Part shown: piece after piece, positions 26,246 to 39,143 of the stretch | How positions within the stretch are numbered: position 1 is the stretch's first letter | How the letters are laid out: each line of letters begins with the position of its first letter | Origin: Spirogloea muscicola | Taxonomy: Eukaryota | Direction: 5' to 3' | Length of the DNA stretch: 64,000 nt | Assembly: GCA_009602725.1 (NCBI GenBank) | Contig: WELB01000022.1 | Span: 966,848-1,030,847 of the forward strand | Made by a program: the position numbers and the translations under genes | The notes under the pieces: generated by a model | The model's database searches: none | What the model was told of the DNA's origin: nothing | What the model saw: only the letters and a program-made list of their open reading frames with translations

Positions 26246-29200
26246 CCCAAGGAGTCCGGTGGCTGGGACTTCTTCTGCAGCTCGCTTATGTCGGCGTATG
26301 GTGACCCACACGCAGAGCTGCGCGCCCGCGATGAGCTGGATGCTCTCCGCATGAGGGGCGAGGGAAGCGAGGGCTTTGAGCCCTACGTGCGGCGATTCCG
26401 GCTGCTGCTGTCCAAGCTACGCAGCGAGCCGATGAAGCCAATCGACCAATGCCAGCTATTAAGGCTGGACTGCCTTCTCGATTTCGCAATTGGGTCGCGG
26501 TGGATTCCGCAACGGCACAACCGGTCACGGACTTCACCAAGATGGTGGAGCACGCCCGCAAGGTGCTCAGCACGCCGGACATTGCCGGTCCGAGCAAGCG
26601 CCCCCTGCTGGAGGCAGGCGGCTTTGATGCAGAGCGAAGCAAGAAGCGGTTCGACCCACGACACGGCTCGAACGCTCGCCCTCAAGGCGACTTCCCCAAG
26701 CCGCGGGTGGAAGGCGCTGGCTGCTTCAAGTGCGGTGCCAAGAGCCATCAGCTCAGGGACTGCCCGGCGGCAGGTCCCTCACGGCCACGTCCACAGCGCC
26801 CTATGGGCCGGGACCAGGGCAATTCCAAGGGCAAGCGTGAGTGCTTGACCCCTGCCTCTGCAAGGCATCTCATTCAGCCAGACGCACTTGAGCTGTTTGA
26901 TCTTGCTGGCATTGCTGGCCCGTCAACCAACATACCGGTTGTGCGCTCCATTTCTGCTTTATTGCAAGGTCTGGAGGCCGGAGGGCCTCTGTTTGTGTGG
27001 GTTGCCCACAATGACTTGCAAGAGGCTGCAGATATCTATCTGAGCTGGCCTGAGTGCCGTCGGCCTGAAGAAATGCTGTTCTTCATTGTGCCACAGAAGC
27101 GCGGCGTGGTTGATCAAGCTCCGCTGGGGATGTCGCTGTTGTGCTCGCACGAGGCGGGACACAGGCTCCTTAGGCGTAGTGTTGATGCCACTCGGCTTAG
27201 GCCTTACCCGACAGCGGTCAGGGTATATGTCGCTCGCACCCCATTCCTTGGCAGTGTCCATGGGGGACACACTATGCTTTTTGAGGGGCTGGTTGCTGCG
27301 GCACCAGCGAGGATCCTCATAGACACAGGGGCCTCAGTGTCTTTCGTCAAAAGGGATTTGGTGTGCTCCGCTGGCTTGCATTTGCAAGCAGATGGCCTGC
27401 CTAGAGTGACATTGGCCGATGGTCACCCAACCGCTGTGTTGGGCCTGTGCAAGGTTCCCATTCGCATCCAGCAATACAAAGCCGAGGTGCCTTGTTATGC
27501 CATTGCGTTGACTGTCGCCTTTGATGTGATATTGGGAGATGATTGGCTTTGCGCCACATCAGCATGCCTTGATTTTAAACGCCATACTTGCACGGTACAA
27601 CGTGGCGCACGGCGCTTTGTCCTTTGCAAGCAGCTTCCCTGTGCACCGCCGCTGGCGGCAGGGGCTTCCATTCTGCTATCCGCCATGCAGATGAAGCGAT
27701 TGATTCACAAGAGCACTGTCCAGATGGCATTTCTTGTGATGGTGGCGTTGAAAGACGAGTCTAAGCCTGACTTGTGTGTGAATGCTGCGAATTCACATGG
27801 CGGGGTTCTTGATAAACTGCTGGAAGAGTTTGCGGATGTGTTTCCCGACTCTCTTCCGGACGGTCTACCTCCTCACCGAGGTGTGGCTCATACAATTCCA
27901 TTGGAGCCAGGCGCCAACCCGCCTTTCCGTCCCATGTACCGGCTGAGCCCTCTCGAATTTCGAGAAATGCAATCCCAGGTCGAGGACCTGCTGGCGAAGG
28001 GCTACATTGAGCCATCTCAGTCGCCATACGGAGCACCCATCCTCTTTGTCAAAAAGAAGGATGGCACTCTACGGATGTGCATTGATTATCGGGCTTTGAA
28101 TAAGCTGACTATCAAGAACCGATACCCATTGCCTCGGATAGATGATCTATTCGATTGGCTCGCAGGGGCTACGGTGTTTAGCTCCCTGGACCTCGCAAGT
28201 GGGTATCACCAAATTCGAATCACGCCTGCGGATGTTCCAAAGTCGGCATTTCGTACGCCGCTTGGACATTTTCAGTTCAAGGTGCTGAGCTTTGGTTTGA
28301 CCAATGCACCGGCTACGTTCCAGGCGGTGATGTCGAGGGTCTTTGGCCCCCTGCTCTACCATTTTGTGCTGGTTTACTTGGATGACATACTGGTGTTCAG
28401 CAAAACGCCTGAAGATCACGTGAAGCACCTGCGCCAAGTGCTGCAGTTGCTGCGTGAAAATCAATTGTATGCCAAGCGGTCCAAGTGCGCAATTAACCAG
28501 CCAGAGCTGACATACCTCGGGCATGTCGTGGGCAAAGACGGCATACGTGTCGACCCCAAGAAGACTTCGGTCGTACGGGATTGGCCTGTGCCACAAACTG
28601 TGCCTCAATTGCGCTCCTTTTTGGGATTCGCAAATTATTTCCGAAAGTTCCTACAAGGCTATGGGAACTTGGCACTTCCTCTTACGAAGCTGACTCGTAA
28701 GGACGTACCTTGGGATTGGTCGTCCGAATGCCGGACGGCATTTGAGGGAATACAGCAGGCGTTGACATCTCCGCCTGTGCTGGCCTTTCCTCGTGAAGGC
28801 GTGCCATATGAACTCGTCTGCGATGCCTCTTTGACCGGCATTGGTGCCGTGCTCTTGCAAGAGGGTCACCCGTTAGCGTTTGAGAGCCGCCTGCTGATCC
28901 CTGCAGAGCGAAATTACACTACGGGCGAGCAGGAATTGCTGGCTGTGGTGCACGCCTTACGTGTCTGGCGTTGCTACCTGGAAGGTGTGGCATTTACGGT
29001 TGTCACGGATCATTGCCCGTTGACATATTTCCACACGCAGCAGCATTTGACTAGGCGTCAAGCTCGATGGGCTGAGTGCATGGCACAATTCGATTTCCAG
29101 TGGGTTTATCGCCCTGGACGTCTTAATGTTGCAGACCCTGTGAGTCGCAACATTCGCGGCGCTGATGCGTTGGCTTCCTTGAATGCTTCTGGAGTGCGGG

Positions 29201-31577
29201 CTACAGGACTGCGTCCGACTCGTCAAGCTTCTCGGCACACCACGGCTGAGCTCTCTGAGCTCTATGTGCGTATCCGTAAAGGGTATGGCACAGACCCATG
29301 GTTTGCTGACGCCGCCAACGTACGCACCCTCACCGATGACAAAGGCTTCTGGTGGCAAGGTGACGCTATTGTGGTCCCCGACTGCAATGCCTTGCGCACA
29401 GACATTATGCAGGAGCTGCATGATACGCCTTACAGTGGTCATTTGGGAGTGAGCAAAACCAAACAGGCTGTGCGACGCCTCTTTTGGTGGAAGGGCTTGT
29501 CCGCCCAGGTGCGCGCTTTTGTGGCAAGCTGTGCCACATGCCAGCGTAGTAAGGCAATCTCTCACAAACCTGCCGGATGACTTCAGGCCTTGCAGATTAC
29601 GGAGCGGAATTGGTCTGATGTGAATAAAGCACAATTGCCTAAGACGCGGAACGGCTATGATGCCATATTTCCACACGCAGCAGCATTTGACTAGGCGTCA
29701 AGCTCGATGGGCTGAGTGCATGGCACAATTCGATTTCCAGTGGGTTTACCGCCGTGGACGTCTTAATGTTGCAGACCCTGTGAGTTGCAACATTCGCGGC
29801 GCTGATGCGTTGGCTTCCTTGAATGCTTCTGGAGTGCGGGCTGCAGGACTGCGTCCGACTCGCCAAGCTTCTCGGCACACCACGGCTGATCTCTCTGAGC
29901 TCTACGTGCGTATCCGTAAAGAGTATGGCACAGACCCCTGGTTTGCTGAAGCCGCCAACGTAAGCACCCTCACTGATGACAAAGGCTTCTGGTGGCAAGG
30001 CGACGCTATTGTGGTCCCGAACTGCAATGCCGTGCGCACAGACATAATGCAGGAGCTGCATGATACGCCTTACAGTGGTCATTTGGGAGTGAGCAAAACC
30101 AAACAGGCTGTGCGACGCCTCTTTTGGTGGAAGGGCTTGTCCGCCCAGGTGCGCGCTTTTGTGGCAAGCTGTGCCACATGCCAGCGTAATAAGGCAATCT
30201 CTCACAAACCTGCCGGATGACTTCAGGCCTTGCAGATTACGGAGCGGAATTGGTCTGATGTGAATAAAACACAATTGCCTAAGACGCGGAACGGCTATGA
30301 TGCCATTGTCGTCTCTGTGGATCGCCTGAGTTAAATGGTGCATTTTGCTCCCACTACTATGCGGGCATCGGCGAATGATTTCGCTGGCATCTTTGTGGAT
30401 AAGGTGTGGAAGCTACATGGGGTACCTGAGAGGCTGGTCTCGGACCGCGATCCGCGATCCGCTTTACAGGTCACTTCTGGAAAGAAGTCTGCAAGCTCAT
30501 TGGCACGAAGCAGTCCATGTCCACAGCCTTCCATCCACAAACGGATGGCCAAAATGAGCGAATGAATCGAGTTCTTGAGGACATGTTGAGGCACTTTGTC
30601 AATTCCAGCCAAACTGACTGGGATGACTATTTGGCTCCAGCTGAATATGCTGTGAACAATGCCCATCATGCGTCCAAGTGGGTTGGACCATTTGCAGTAG
30701 TACGCCTTGTGGGCAAGGTGTCCTACGAGTTGAAGACACCGGTGCATCGGAAGGTCCATAACGTCTTCCATGTGTCTCAGCTTTAAAGCCTTCCTTTCGG
30801 ATGGTCGTGTCCAACCGCCCACCACCTCCACTAGTCATCGAGGATGATCTTGATTTTGAGGTGGAAGAGATCTTGTCTCACAGGGACAAGCCTCGAGGGC
30901 GTAAGACCCGTGAGTATCTGGTGAAGTGCCTCGGGTATGGGCCTGAGCACAACACGTGGGAGCCTGCGGCCGATTTGGCAAATTGTCCAGATGTTCTCAG
31001 GGAATACCTGGCCAAGGGTGGTAGTTCTCCTAGGCTTGGTAGAGGCAGCAGCCGTCGGGCATCTTAATACTTGTCGGCTGTTTTCTCGTTGTTCCCGAGG
31101 ACGTGAACACCAGAGTGGGGAGGTATGTAATGAACCAGCCGTTTGGTAAAACAAAGCACATGGCTCTGTTGGCATTACATGACCGGCTATTTGGGACAAG
31201 TGGCCCGGCCAGGTGGCGGGCTGGCTTGCCGGGCAAGTGGCCCGCCCAGAGGCGGGCCCGCCCGTCCAGAAATACCCCTCGCCAAGTCACCCTGCCAAGG
31301 GGGGACCTTGGGCCCGCCGCAAGGGCAGGCCTTGGGGCGACCCGCTCACACCCCTGGAGGGGGGGTGGCAAGGTGCCGCACCTTGCTGCGGGGCCTGCTG
31401 CGCCGGCCTGCGCCCAGGAGGTGGAGTCGCCGCCGGACGGCGGCGGCACGGGGCCTGTCTTCCGCTGCGCTCATGCGCTAGTGCTTTGCCTGTGTAGTGG
31501 GTTGGTCCCTAAACCCCCTACAGCCGAACTCAAGGACTGCTCACCCTGACTGCGTGTGTAGGGCGAGGTTCCTTACA
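26246..31577 (+). mobile_element. Ty3/Gypsy chromovirus, 5'-truncated in gag, inverted relative to previous copy, 3' LTR type B (31126-31577)
   Basis: The 1043-aa ORF 26449-29580 covers knuckle, DTGAS protease, RT, RNase H and integrase zinc finger. The integrase core is broken. Chromodomain at 30801-31067; the LTR runs TG...CA. Confidence 0.97.
29024..30305 (+). repeat. 640-bp tandem duplication within pol
   Basis: CATATTTCCACACGCAGCAG starts at both 29024 and 29664. Confidence 0.9.
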
Positions 31578-31589
31578 GTAGCGATGATG

Positions 31590-34500
31590 TCTCGAGTTGA
31601 CAAGACCACCTTTCAGCCCGTGACCACTTTGGAGAAATTCGTAAAACAACCTCGTCAGTCGTACTCGATGTACCCAACGCGCAAGCGAGTCTGGAGGAAG
31701 ATGGGGACAAGTCGGGGCCTTCATCCCAGAAGCGCTTCTCGCTTCGCTTCTCGCTTCGCTTCGCGCTTCTCAAGCCCAAACATGGGTTCAAGCCAGGTGG
31801 TAGGTCTGGGCCACTATCGCGGTCGGCGCCAGCCAAGGGTCCAGCGAAGTTCGTCCCAGAAGAGGACAGCGCCTGCTACCGATGTGGCCAAATGGCTCAC
31901 CGAATTCGGGAGTGCCCGCAGCCGTCAACGACCCAACCTACCAAGCCCGCATCGACGCGCCCGAAGGGCTCGTATAAGGGAAAATGCAAAATTGAGTGCC
32001 CCTCCCTGTCACCTTTGTGGGTGTTTCATCGGCATCATGTGGCAATGCTTAGAACCAGTGTGTTCACTGTCTATATGCCAGTAGTGCGCTCTGTGCATGG
32101 GCTTAAGCAAGCACTGGTGAACCGAAGTCCCCTAATTGTGTGAGTTCCAATCAGGTGCAGAAGCTGCGAGCACGTACTTGAGCTGGATCAGTTTCCATGG
32201 TGCTAAAGAATCGGTGTTCTTCATTGTGCCGTGCAGTCGAGGATTAATCCCTCGACCTCCGTCGGGGCTTGTCTTGTTGTGTCGCAACATGGCAAAGCGC
32301 CCCCAGGTGAAGTCGGGAGTTGATAACGTATTACGCCCCTCAAGGAGACTGTTAGTACATGTAGCTCGAAAGTTTAGTCTTACTGCTGTAAGTGCCTCGG
32401 CAGTTGCTGCCGTAGCGCCGAAAATTATGTTCTCTGGACTGGTGGCCGATCAGCCGGTCCAGATCCTTATAGATACGGGGGTTACTGTCTCCTGCGTCAG
32501 CAGGAATTTTGTGAGCAACAAGGGTTTTGAAAGTCCATTGGTGTCTCTTAAGCTACATTGGCTAATGGACATACTGCCAAAGTCATGGGTTTCTGTCGAG
32601 TCCCCAAACGCTTTCAAAGTTATGAGACGGTTGTGTCTTGCCTTGTCATTGCATTGGCACCGGGCTTTCATGTATATATAGGCGATGATTGGCTATGTTC
32701 CACTGCGGCCCTGCTTGACTTCAATACGCGGACTTGCTCCGGTAAACGCGGTGCTCGTCTTTTGTATTGCACAAAGACGTTCCCCGCGCCCCACCATCCG
32801 TGAATGGTTCCTCTATTCAGCTGGCGGCTGTGCAGTTCAAGAAGCTCCTTCACGCAGAACCGGCTTCGCCCGTGTGTCTGTTGGTGGTAAGGAGTTCTGA
32901 GTCTCCCCTTGACTCAGGAGTAGTGAGTGATGTGGCCTCACGTTGTGCGGCTCTTGACAAGTTGTTGGCAAATTTTCAGATGTAATCCCCGATGTTTTAC
33001 CCAGACGGTCTGCCTCCTCACCGAGGCGTGGCTCATACAATTTTATTCCCTTGCAGCCCGCCGCTGCGCCGCCGTACCGTCCCATGTATCGACTAAGTCT
33101 TTCGAATTCGCGAGATGCAATCCCAAGTGGAGGATTGCTAAAGAAAGGGCATATTGAGCCTTTCCAGTCGCCGCACAGTGTACTGATCCTCTTCGTTAAG
33201 AAGAAAGATGGTAGTTTTCGGATGTGCATCGACTATCGAGCTGAACAAGCTCACAGTCAAGAATCGATACCCGTTGCCGCACATTGATGATCTGTTCGAT
33301 CGTCTCGCGGAAGCTAATGTGTTCAGCTACCTCGATTTGCCAAGCGGATATCACCAAATTCGTATTACACCTGAGGATGTATCGAATTCGGCGTTCCGTA
33401 CGCCATTCGATCACTTCCAATTCAAGGTGCAGAGTTTTGGGTTGACCAATGCACCTGCCACATTTCAGGCTGTAATGACGAAGGTCCCCCCTACTGTACG
33501 ATTTCGTGCTGGATTACTTGGATGACATACTGGTGTTCAGTGAAACGCCAGAAGATCACGTGCGGCACCTCGGCAAGTATGCAGTTGCTCCGTGCAAGCA
33601 AGTTGTATGCCAAAAAATCCAAGTGTGTCTTCCACCAGCCCGAACTGACATACTTAAGTATGTCGCGCCGACCCCAAAACGACTGCAGTAGTGAAGGACT
33701 GGCCGGTGCCGCGGAATGTGCCACAGTTGCGTTCCTTCTTGGGATTCGCGAATTACTTCCGTAAGTTCCTGCAAGGATGCGGATGTGCGGCATCTCCTCT
33801 TACGAAGCTCACTCGTAAGGACGTGTCCTGGGGGTGAACGTCCGAGTGCCAGAAGGCATTCAAGGATAAAGAACGGGTCCTAATATATCAACTCATTTCA
33901 GCCTTGCCTCGAGAAGGCGTGCCATTTGAAGCAATCCGTGACGCCTCATTGATCGGTATTGGTGCCGTTAACTGCAGGAGGGCCACCCCGTAGCATTTGA
34001 GAGTCGCCTGCTTCGTCCGGCAGAGCGTGACTACACTACGGGGGAGCAAGAGCTCCTTGCTGTTGTGCACGCCCTACGTGTGTGGCGATGCTAACTCGAG
34101 GGTGTCGAAATCACGGTCGTATATTGCCCGTTGACCTACTTTCATACACAACAGCATTTGAGCAGGCGTCAAACAATGTGGGCAGAGTTGTTGGCCATAG
34201 TCCATTTCCAGTGGGTGTACCGCCCTGGAAGCATCAATGAGGCGGACCAGGTGAGCCGCAACATTGTAAAGGCTGATGTGGCGGCTGTCTTGCACGCTTC
34301 AGGGGTTCGGACCGCAGACTTACGGCCTACTCGTGGAGCTGCGCGACAGTCCATCGCCAACCTCTCTGAGCTGTATACGCGTACTCGTGATGGGTATAGC
34401 CTGACCCGTGGTTTGCAGATGCAACCAAATACACGCACACTTGTGTCTGACCAAGGGGTTTGGTGGCAAGGGGACGCCATTGTAGTTCCTGATTGCAATG

Positions 34501-36699
34501 TCCAACGAAGTACTATCATGCAAGAGATGCATGAGCCACCTAATAGTGGTCATTTGGGTGTGGGGAAAAGAAAGAAAGCTATTCAGCTTCTCTTTTGGTG
34601 GCCCGGCTTGAAAGCCCAGATACAGTCTTTTGTGAAGACTTGCGCCACCTGCCAGCGTAATAAGGCACGCTCTCACAAGCCTGCCGGATTGCTCCAACCT
34701 TTGGAGATTACACCGCGGAACTGGTCTGATGTCAGTGTGGATTTCATTACCCAACTCCCCAAGACGCGCAAAGGCTATGATGCCATTGTCGTGTTTGTGG
34801 ATCGTCTAAGTAAACTGGTGCATTTTGCGCTTACGACCACCACAGTGTCCGCTCAGGTATTGCCTGGTATATTCGTGGACCGTGTATGGAAATTGCACGG
34901 AGTGCCCGAGCGAATCGTGTCTGATTGCGACCATTGCTTCACCGATTACTTCTGGCGTGAAGTGTGCAGGCTTATTGGCACTAACAATCCTCATCCACGG
35001 CATTCCACCTCCAGACCGATGTCAGACTGAAAGGATGAATCGGGTTTCGAAGGACATGTTACGGCATTTTGTAAACCCCAGCCAGACTGACTGGGATAAG
35101 TATCTTGCTCCAGCGGAATATGCTGTGAACAATGCCTTCATTAGTCCACCAAGAACACCCCTTTCTTCCTCAACTACGGTCAGCATCCCCGGGCTTTTAC
35201 AGGTGGGGAGGCCGGAATGCGTGCCGGCCGCAGGGATCTTTACCGGTCACCTCCTGGAAGCTCAGCGGAGGGCTAGGCAATGCTTGGAGATTGCCCAGCA
35301 ACGGCAAAAGGCGTAGCGTCGAGATATATCCTTGGACGTGGGTGCTCAAGTGCTATGAGCACAAAGCACCTCTCCATTCGGGCTGTAGGTACGCCTAAAT
35401 TGCTGCCAAAGTGAGTTCCAAGTGAGTTCCCTTTCGTTTGATGCGCAATATCGGTCCGGTCGCATATGAGCTGGATACACCGGTACACTGGAAAATCCAC
35501 AAGGTATTCCACGTGTACCAGCTCGAACCCTTCTATTCGGATGGTCGTGTCCAACCGCCCCCACCTCCCCTCGTCGTTGCGAACGAGGAAGACTTTCAGG
35601 TGGAGGAGATATCGTCTCACTGCGAGAAACTCCGTGGCGACGTAAGTCCCGAGAGTACCTTGTCGAGTGGCTCGGTCATGGACATGAGCGCAAAAAAGTG
35701 GAAACCAACGGCTAATCTTGCCCATTGTCGCGCCGTTCTCCGTAAGTATCTTGCCAAAGGGCATTCCCCTTTGCGTCGTAGTACCACAGGCCCCCGTCAA
35801 ACTTAACCTCTTCGGGATTGTGCCCTCCTATCCTTGTTCCCGAGGACGTGAACATCGAAGTGGGGAGGATTGTAACGTCCCCGCCGTTACGGGACGCTTA
35901 ACTTCGAATTTAGCGCTAACCACTGACGCGCACGTTACTGACGCGTGCGACGCGCGTGCGACGCACAAGAGCGCCGCACAAGGTGTCGTGCGGTGTGACG
36001 CGCCTGCTGACGATATGACGTTCAGGCGCGCCGCCTCCAGCAGAGGCGGCAAATCCTGAACTTCCAGAACGGAGCTCCTCGGCATATTCCTGAATCTGCC
36101 GCCGTGCTCGCAATGACGTGTATGTGACACGTGTGGCGCGCCCGTGACGCCGCGCCACATCCGTGACCCACTGGCGGCGCCGCAAGCCGGCTCCGCGGGG
36201 CGCCGCTGCAAGGCGGCGCCGCAGGGCGCCGCTCGGTGGCGCCGCAGAACGGCCGCCGCCTTCAGAAGGGAGCCGCGTGGCCTGCCCTCGCACTAGATTC
36301 CCCTTGTGGAGCCCGCCTTCCCGAAAATGGGCCCTGAGACGAGCCTCCCAGGGACCCCTGGGGAGGGTGGCGCATGAAGCACTACAAGTAGGGCTGAGAG
36401 CAGACTCGGGGGACACCCGGTCAACATGCCTGCTGCTGCACCCCGTCGCCGCATCCCGTTGTCGCGGATCTTCATCGGCTATTTTTGAGTAAGACTGTGA
36501 CTGCTTCCTTTGAGGACAGTCTCTGACCCGTAACTGAGAGGTGAATCGCCGCCCGTCGGCGGCGCCTCAGGCAAGGTATTCCGCTGCGTAGTACACGTGT
36601 GCTTCACTGTGCCGGGGGTTTGTCTCTGAACCCCAGCGACCGAAACCAATAAGAATATACTAATCCCTGACTTTACTCTTCAGGGTCAGGGTCATGACT
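31590..36699 (+). mobile_element. Degenerate chromovirus (partial gag to chromodomain) with 3' LTR type C (35871-36699)
   Basis: CYRCGQMAHRIREC, LIDTG, NRYPLPHIDDLFD, VSVDFITQLP and FQVEEI; PPT followed by TGTAAC. Confidence 0.92.
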
Positions 36700-39143
36700 T
36701 GGCACAACTCAGATTCCAGTGGATTTGCACCGCCCTGAAAGGATCAACGTTGCGGACCCCGGTGAGCCGCAACATTGTAGGCGCTGCTGTGGCGCCTGTC
36801 CTGTGTGCCACAACGGTTCAGACTGCAGACGTGCGGCCTACCCGTGGGGCCGCAGGGCAAAGCACCACCAACCTCTCTTGAGCTGTATGTACGTTATTCG
36901 TGATGGGTATGGCACAGACCCTTGGTTTGCACTTGCAACCGATACACGCACAGTAGTATATGACCAAGGCTTCTGGTGGCGAGGTGACGCCATTGTGGTG
37001 CCCAACTGCAATGCCTTGCGCAATAGTATCACACAAGAGACCCATGAGACTCCGTACAGTGGACATTTGGGTAAGGAAAGACAAAGAAAGCTATTCAACT
37101 TCTCTTTTGGTGGCCCCCCTTGCAAGGCCACGTACGGTCTTTTGTCAAGACGTGTGCCACCTGCCAGCGTAGTAAGGCACGCTCTTACAAGCCTGCCGGG
37201 TTGCTTCAACCTTTAAAGATCTTTCGCGGAATGGTACTGGTCTGATGTCAGGGTGGATTTGATCACCCATTTGCCTAAGACGCGCAACGGCTATGACGCC
37301 ATTGTCGTGTTTGTGGCTCGTGTAAGTAAGACGGTGCATTTTGTCCTGACGACCACACGGGTGTCCGCTCGGGAATTTGCTGGCATGTTTGTGGACCGAG
37401 TATGGGAACAGCACGGAGTACCCGAGCGCATCGTGTCTGACCGTGATCCTAGCTTCACGGGTCACTTCTGAAGAGAAGTGTGCAGGACTCTTGGCACGAA
37501 GCACTTTCGTGATCTACCAAAAACACACCGTTCTTCCTAGATTAAGGTCAGCGTCCCCGATCACCTTCGCAGGTGGGGAGGCCGGAGCGCGTTCCGGCCA
37601 CAGTAAGCTTCACCGGTACCCTCTTTTGGAAGCTCAGCGGAGGGCTAAGCAATTTCTTGACAACTGCTCAGAATCGGCAAAAGCAGTATGCTGATCTACG
37701 TCGCAGGGACGTGTCCTTCGACGTGGGTACCCAAGTGCTGTTGAGCACCAACACTTACGCTTGCGGGCTGTAGGTACGCACAAAGTTGCTGCCAAAGCGG
37801 GTTGGACCCTTTTGTGCGCCTGATCGGCAAGGTCGCATACGAGCTTGATACGCCGGTACAATGGAAAATCCACAAAGTTTTGCATGTGTCTCAGCTCGAG
37901 CCATACCATACGGATTGCCGTGTCCAACCGCCCCCATCTCCCCTCGTTATTGATGGCGAGAAAGAGTTTCAAGTGGAGGAGATTCTGTCGCACTAAAACA
38001 AACTCTGTGGGCGTCGTAAATCCCATGAGTACTTATCGAGTGGCTCGGCAATGGGCCGGAGCACAATATATGGGAATTTGCGGACAATCTTGCCCATGTC
38101 CTTCCCGCGTCCAGAAGCTTATCTGACAGGAGGCACGGGCTCTTCTCACCGTCGTCCAGTCTCTTCCCGCCGGGGTTGATCTCCCTGGGTTGAACTCCCT
38201 GCAGTTCTTCTTCTTGTTCCCGAGGACGTGAACAGCTAAGTGGGGAGGTATGTAACATTTCCCCGTTTGGGCGTGCCAACGGTGCCGGTAACCTCGTATC
38301 GTGTCTACCGTTTGGAGTCCCAAACGGTGCAGGTAAGCACCCCGTGTAGCTAAGTACGACTTTGTACCGCACGTGCAGGCGGCCTCACCCGCCAGGTTGT
38401 CCGAGAGGCGCTGCTTCGCTCGCGCGCAGCATCGTCCGGGAGTTGTCGTACTCCTTTTGGCGGACGCTGCTTCGCTCGCGCGCGGCATCGTCCGGGACTT
38501 TAACTCCATTTGCCAGGCGCCGCTTCCTTCGCTCGCGAGAGCGTCTGGCAAATCCGTCGTGTTCCCTGGAGTTTCCCTCCAGCCGTCAGGCGCTGCTTTG
38601 CTCGCGCGGGGCAGCGTCCGGCAGATCCGTCGTGTTCCCTGGACTCTCACTCCAGCCGCCATACGCTGCTTTCCCGCGCGCGGCAGCGTCCGGCTTATTC
38701 GTCGTTTCCCTTGTCTGGCCCGCCCCTCCAGGGGAGGGCCATGGGGGCGTCGTCACGCCCTCTGGGTAAGGGTGGCAGGAGAAATGCTACAAGTAGTGGG
38801 CCTTGGCCGGGACCCCTCAGTCCGACCAACGCCGAGAGGGACACAGCTTTGCTGCTGCCCAGCCAGCCCCGCTGCTGCCTGCTGCCGCCGCCGCCGCCAC
38901 AGCTCTGCTGCTGTCGCCTGCTGGCCAGCCCGTCGCCGCAGCTCGTTGCTGCGGGCCCCGCCGGCTCTCTGTAAGTCTATTGATAGAGTCACCGCCCTAG
39001 GGATGCCTCAGGGTAAGACTTCCGCTGCGCTCCGTGCGCGTATGTGCGTTGGCGTTCTGTATGAGGTTGTCTCCAATACACCCTATGTTCGAACCCAAAC
39101 CGGGATATTCTGACCCTGTGTGATTAAGGCAAGGGATGTTACA
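36700..39143 (+). mobile_element. Chromovirus 3' half (integrase, chromodomain) with 3' LTR type D (38251-39143)
   Basis: LPKTRNGYDAIVVFV, SDRD and EFQVEEILSH; LTR TGTAAC...GTTACA, similar to 52830-53600. Confidence 0.9.

Noticed and set aside
38362..39113. Long ORFs inside LTRs (also 14612-15073, 52941-53582)
   Set aside because: GC-rich repetitive LTR sequence depleted of stops; frames are not conserved between LTR copies.
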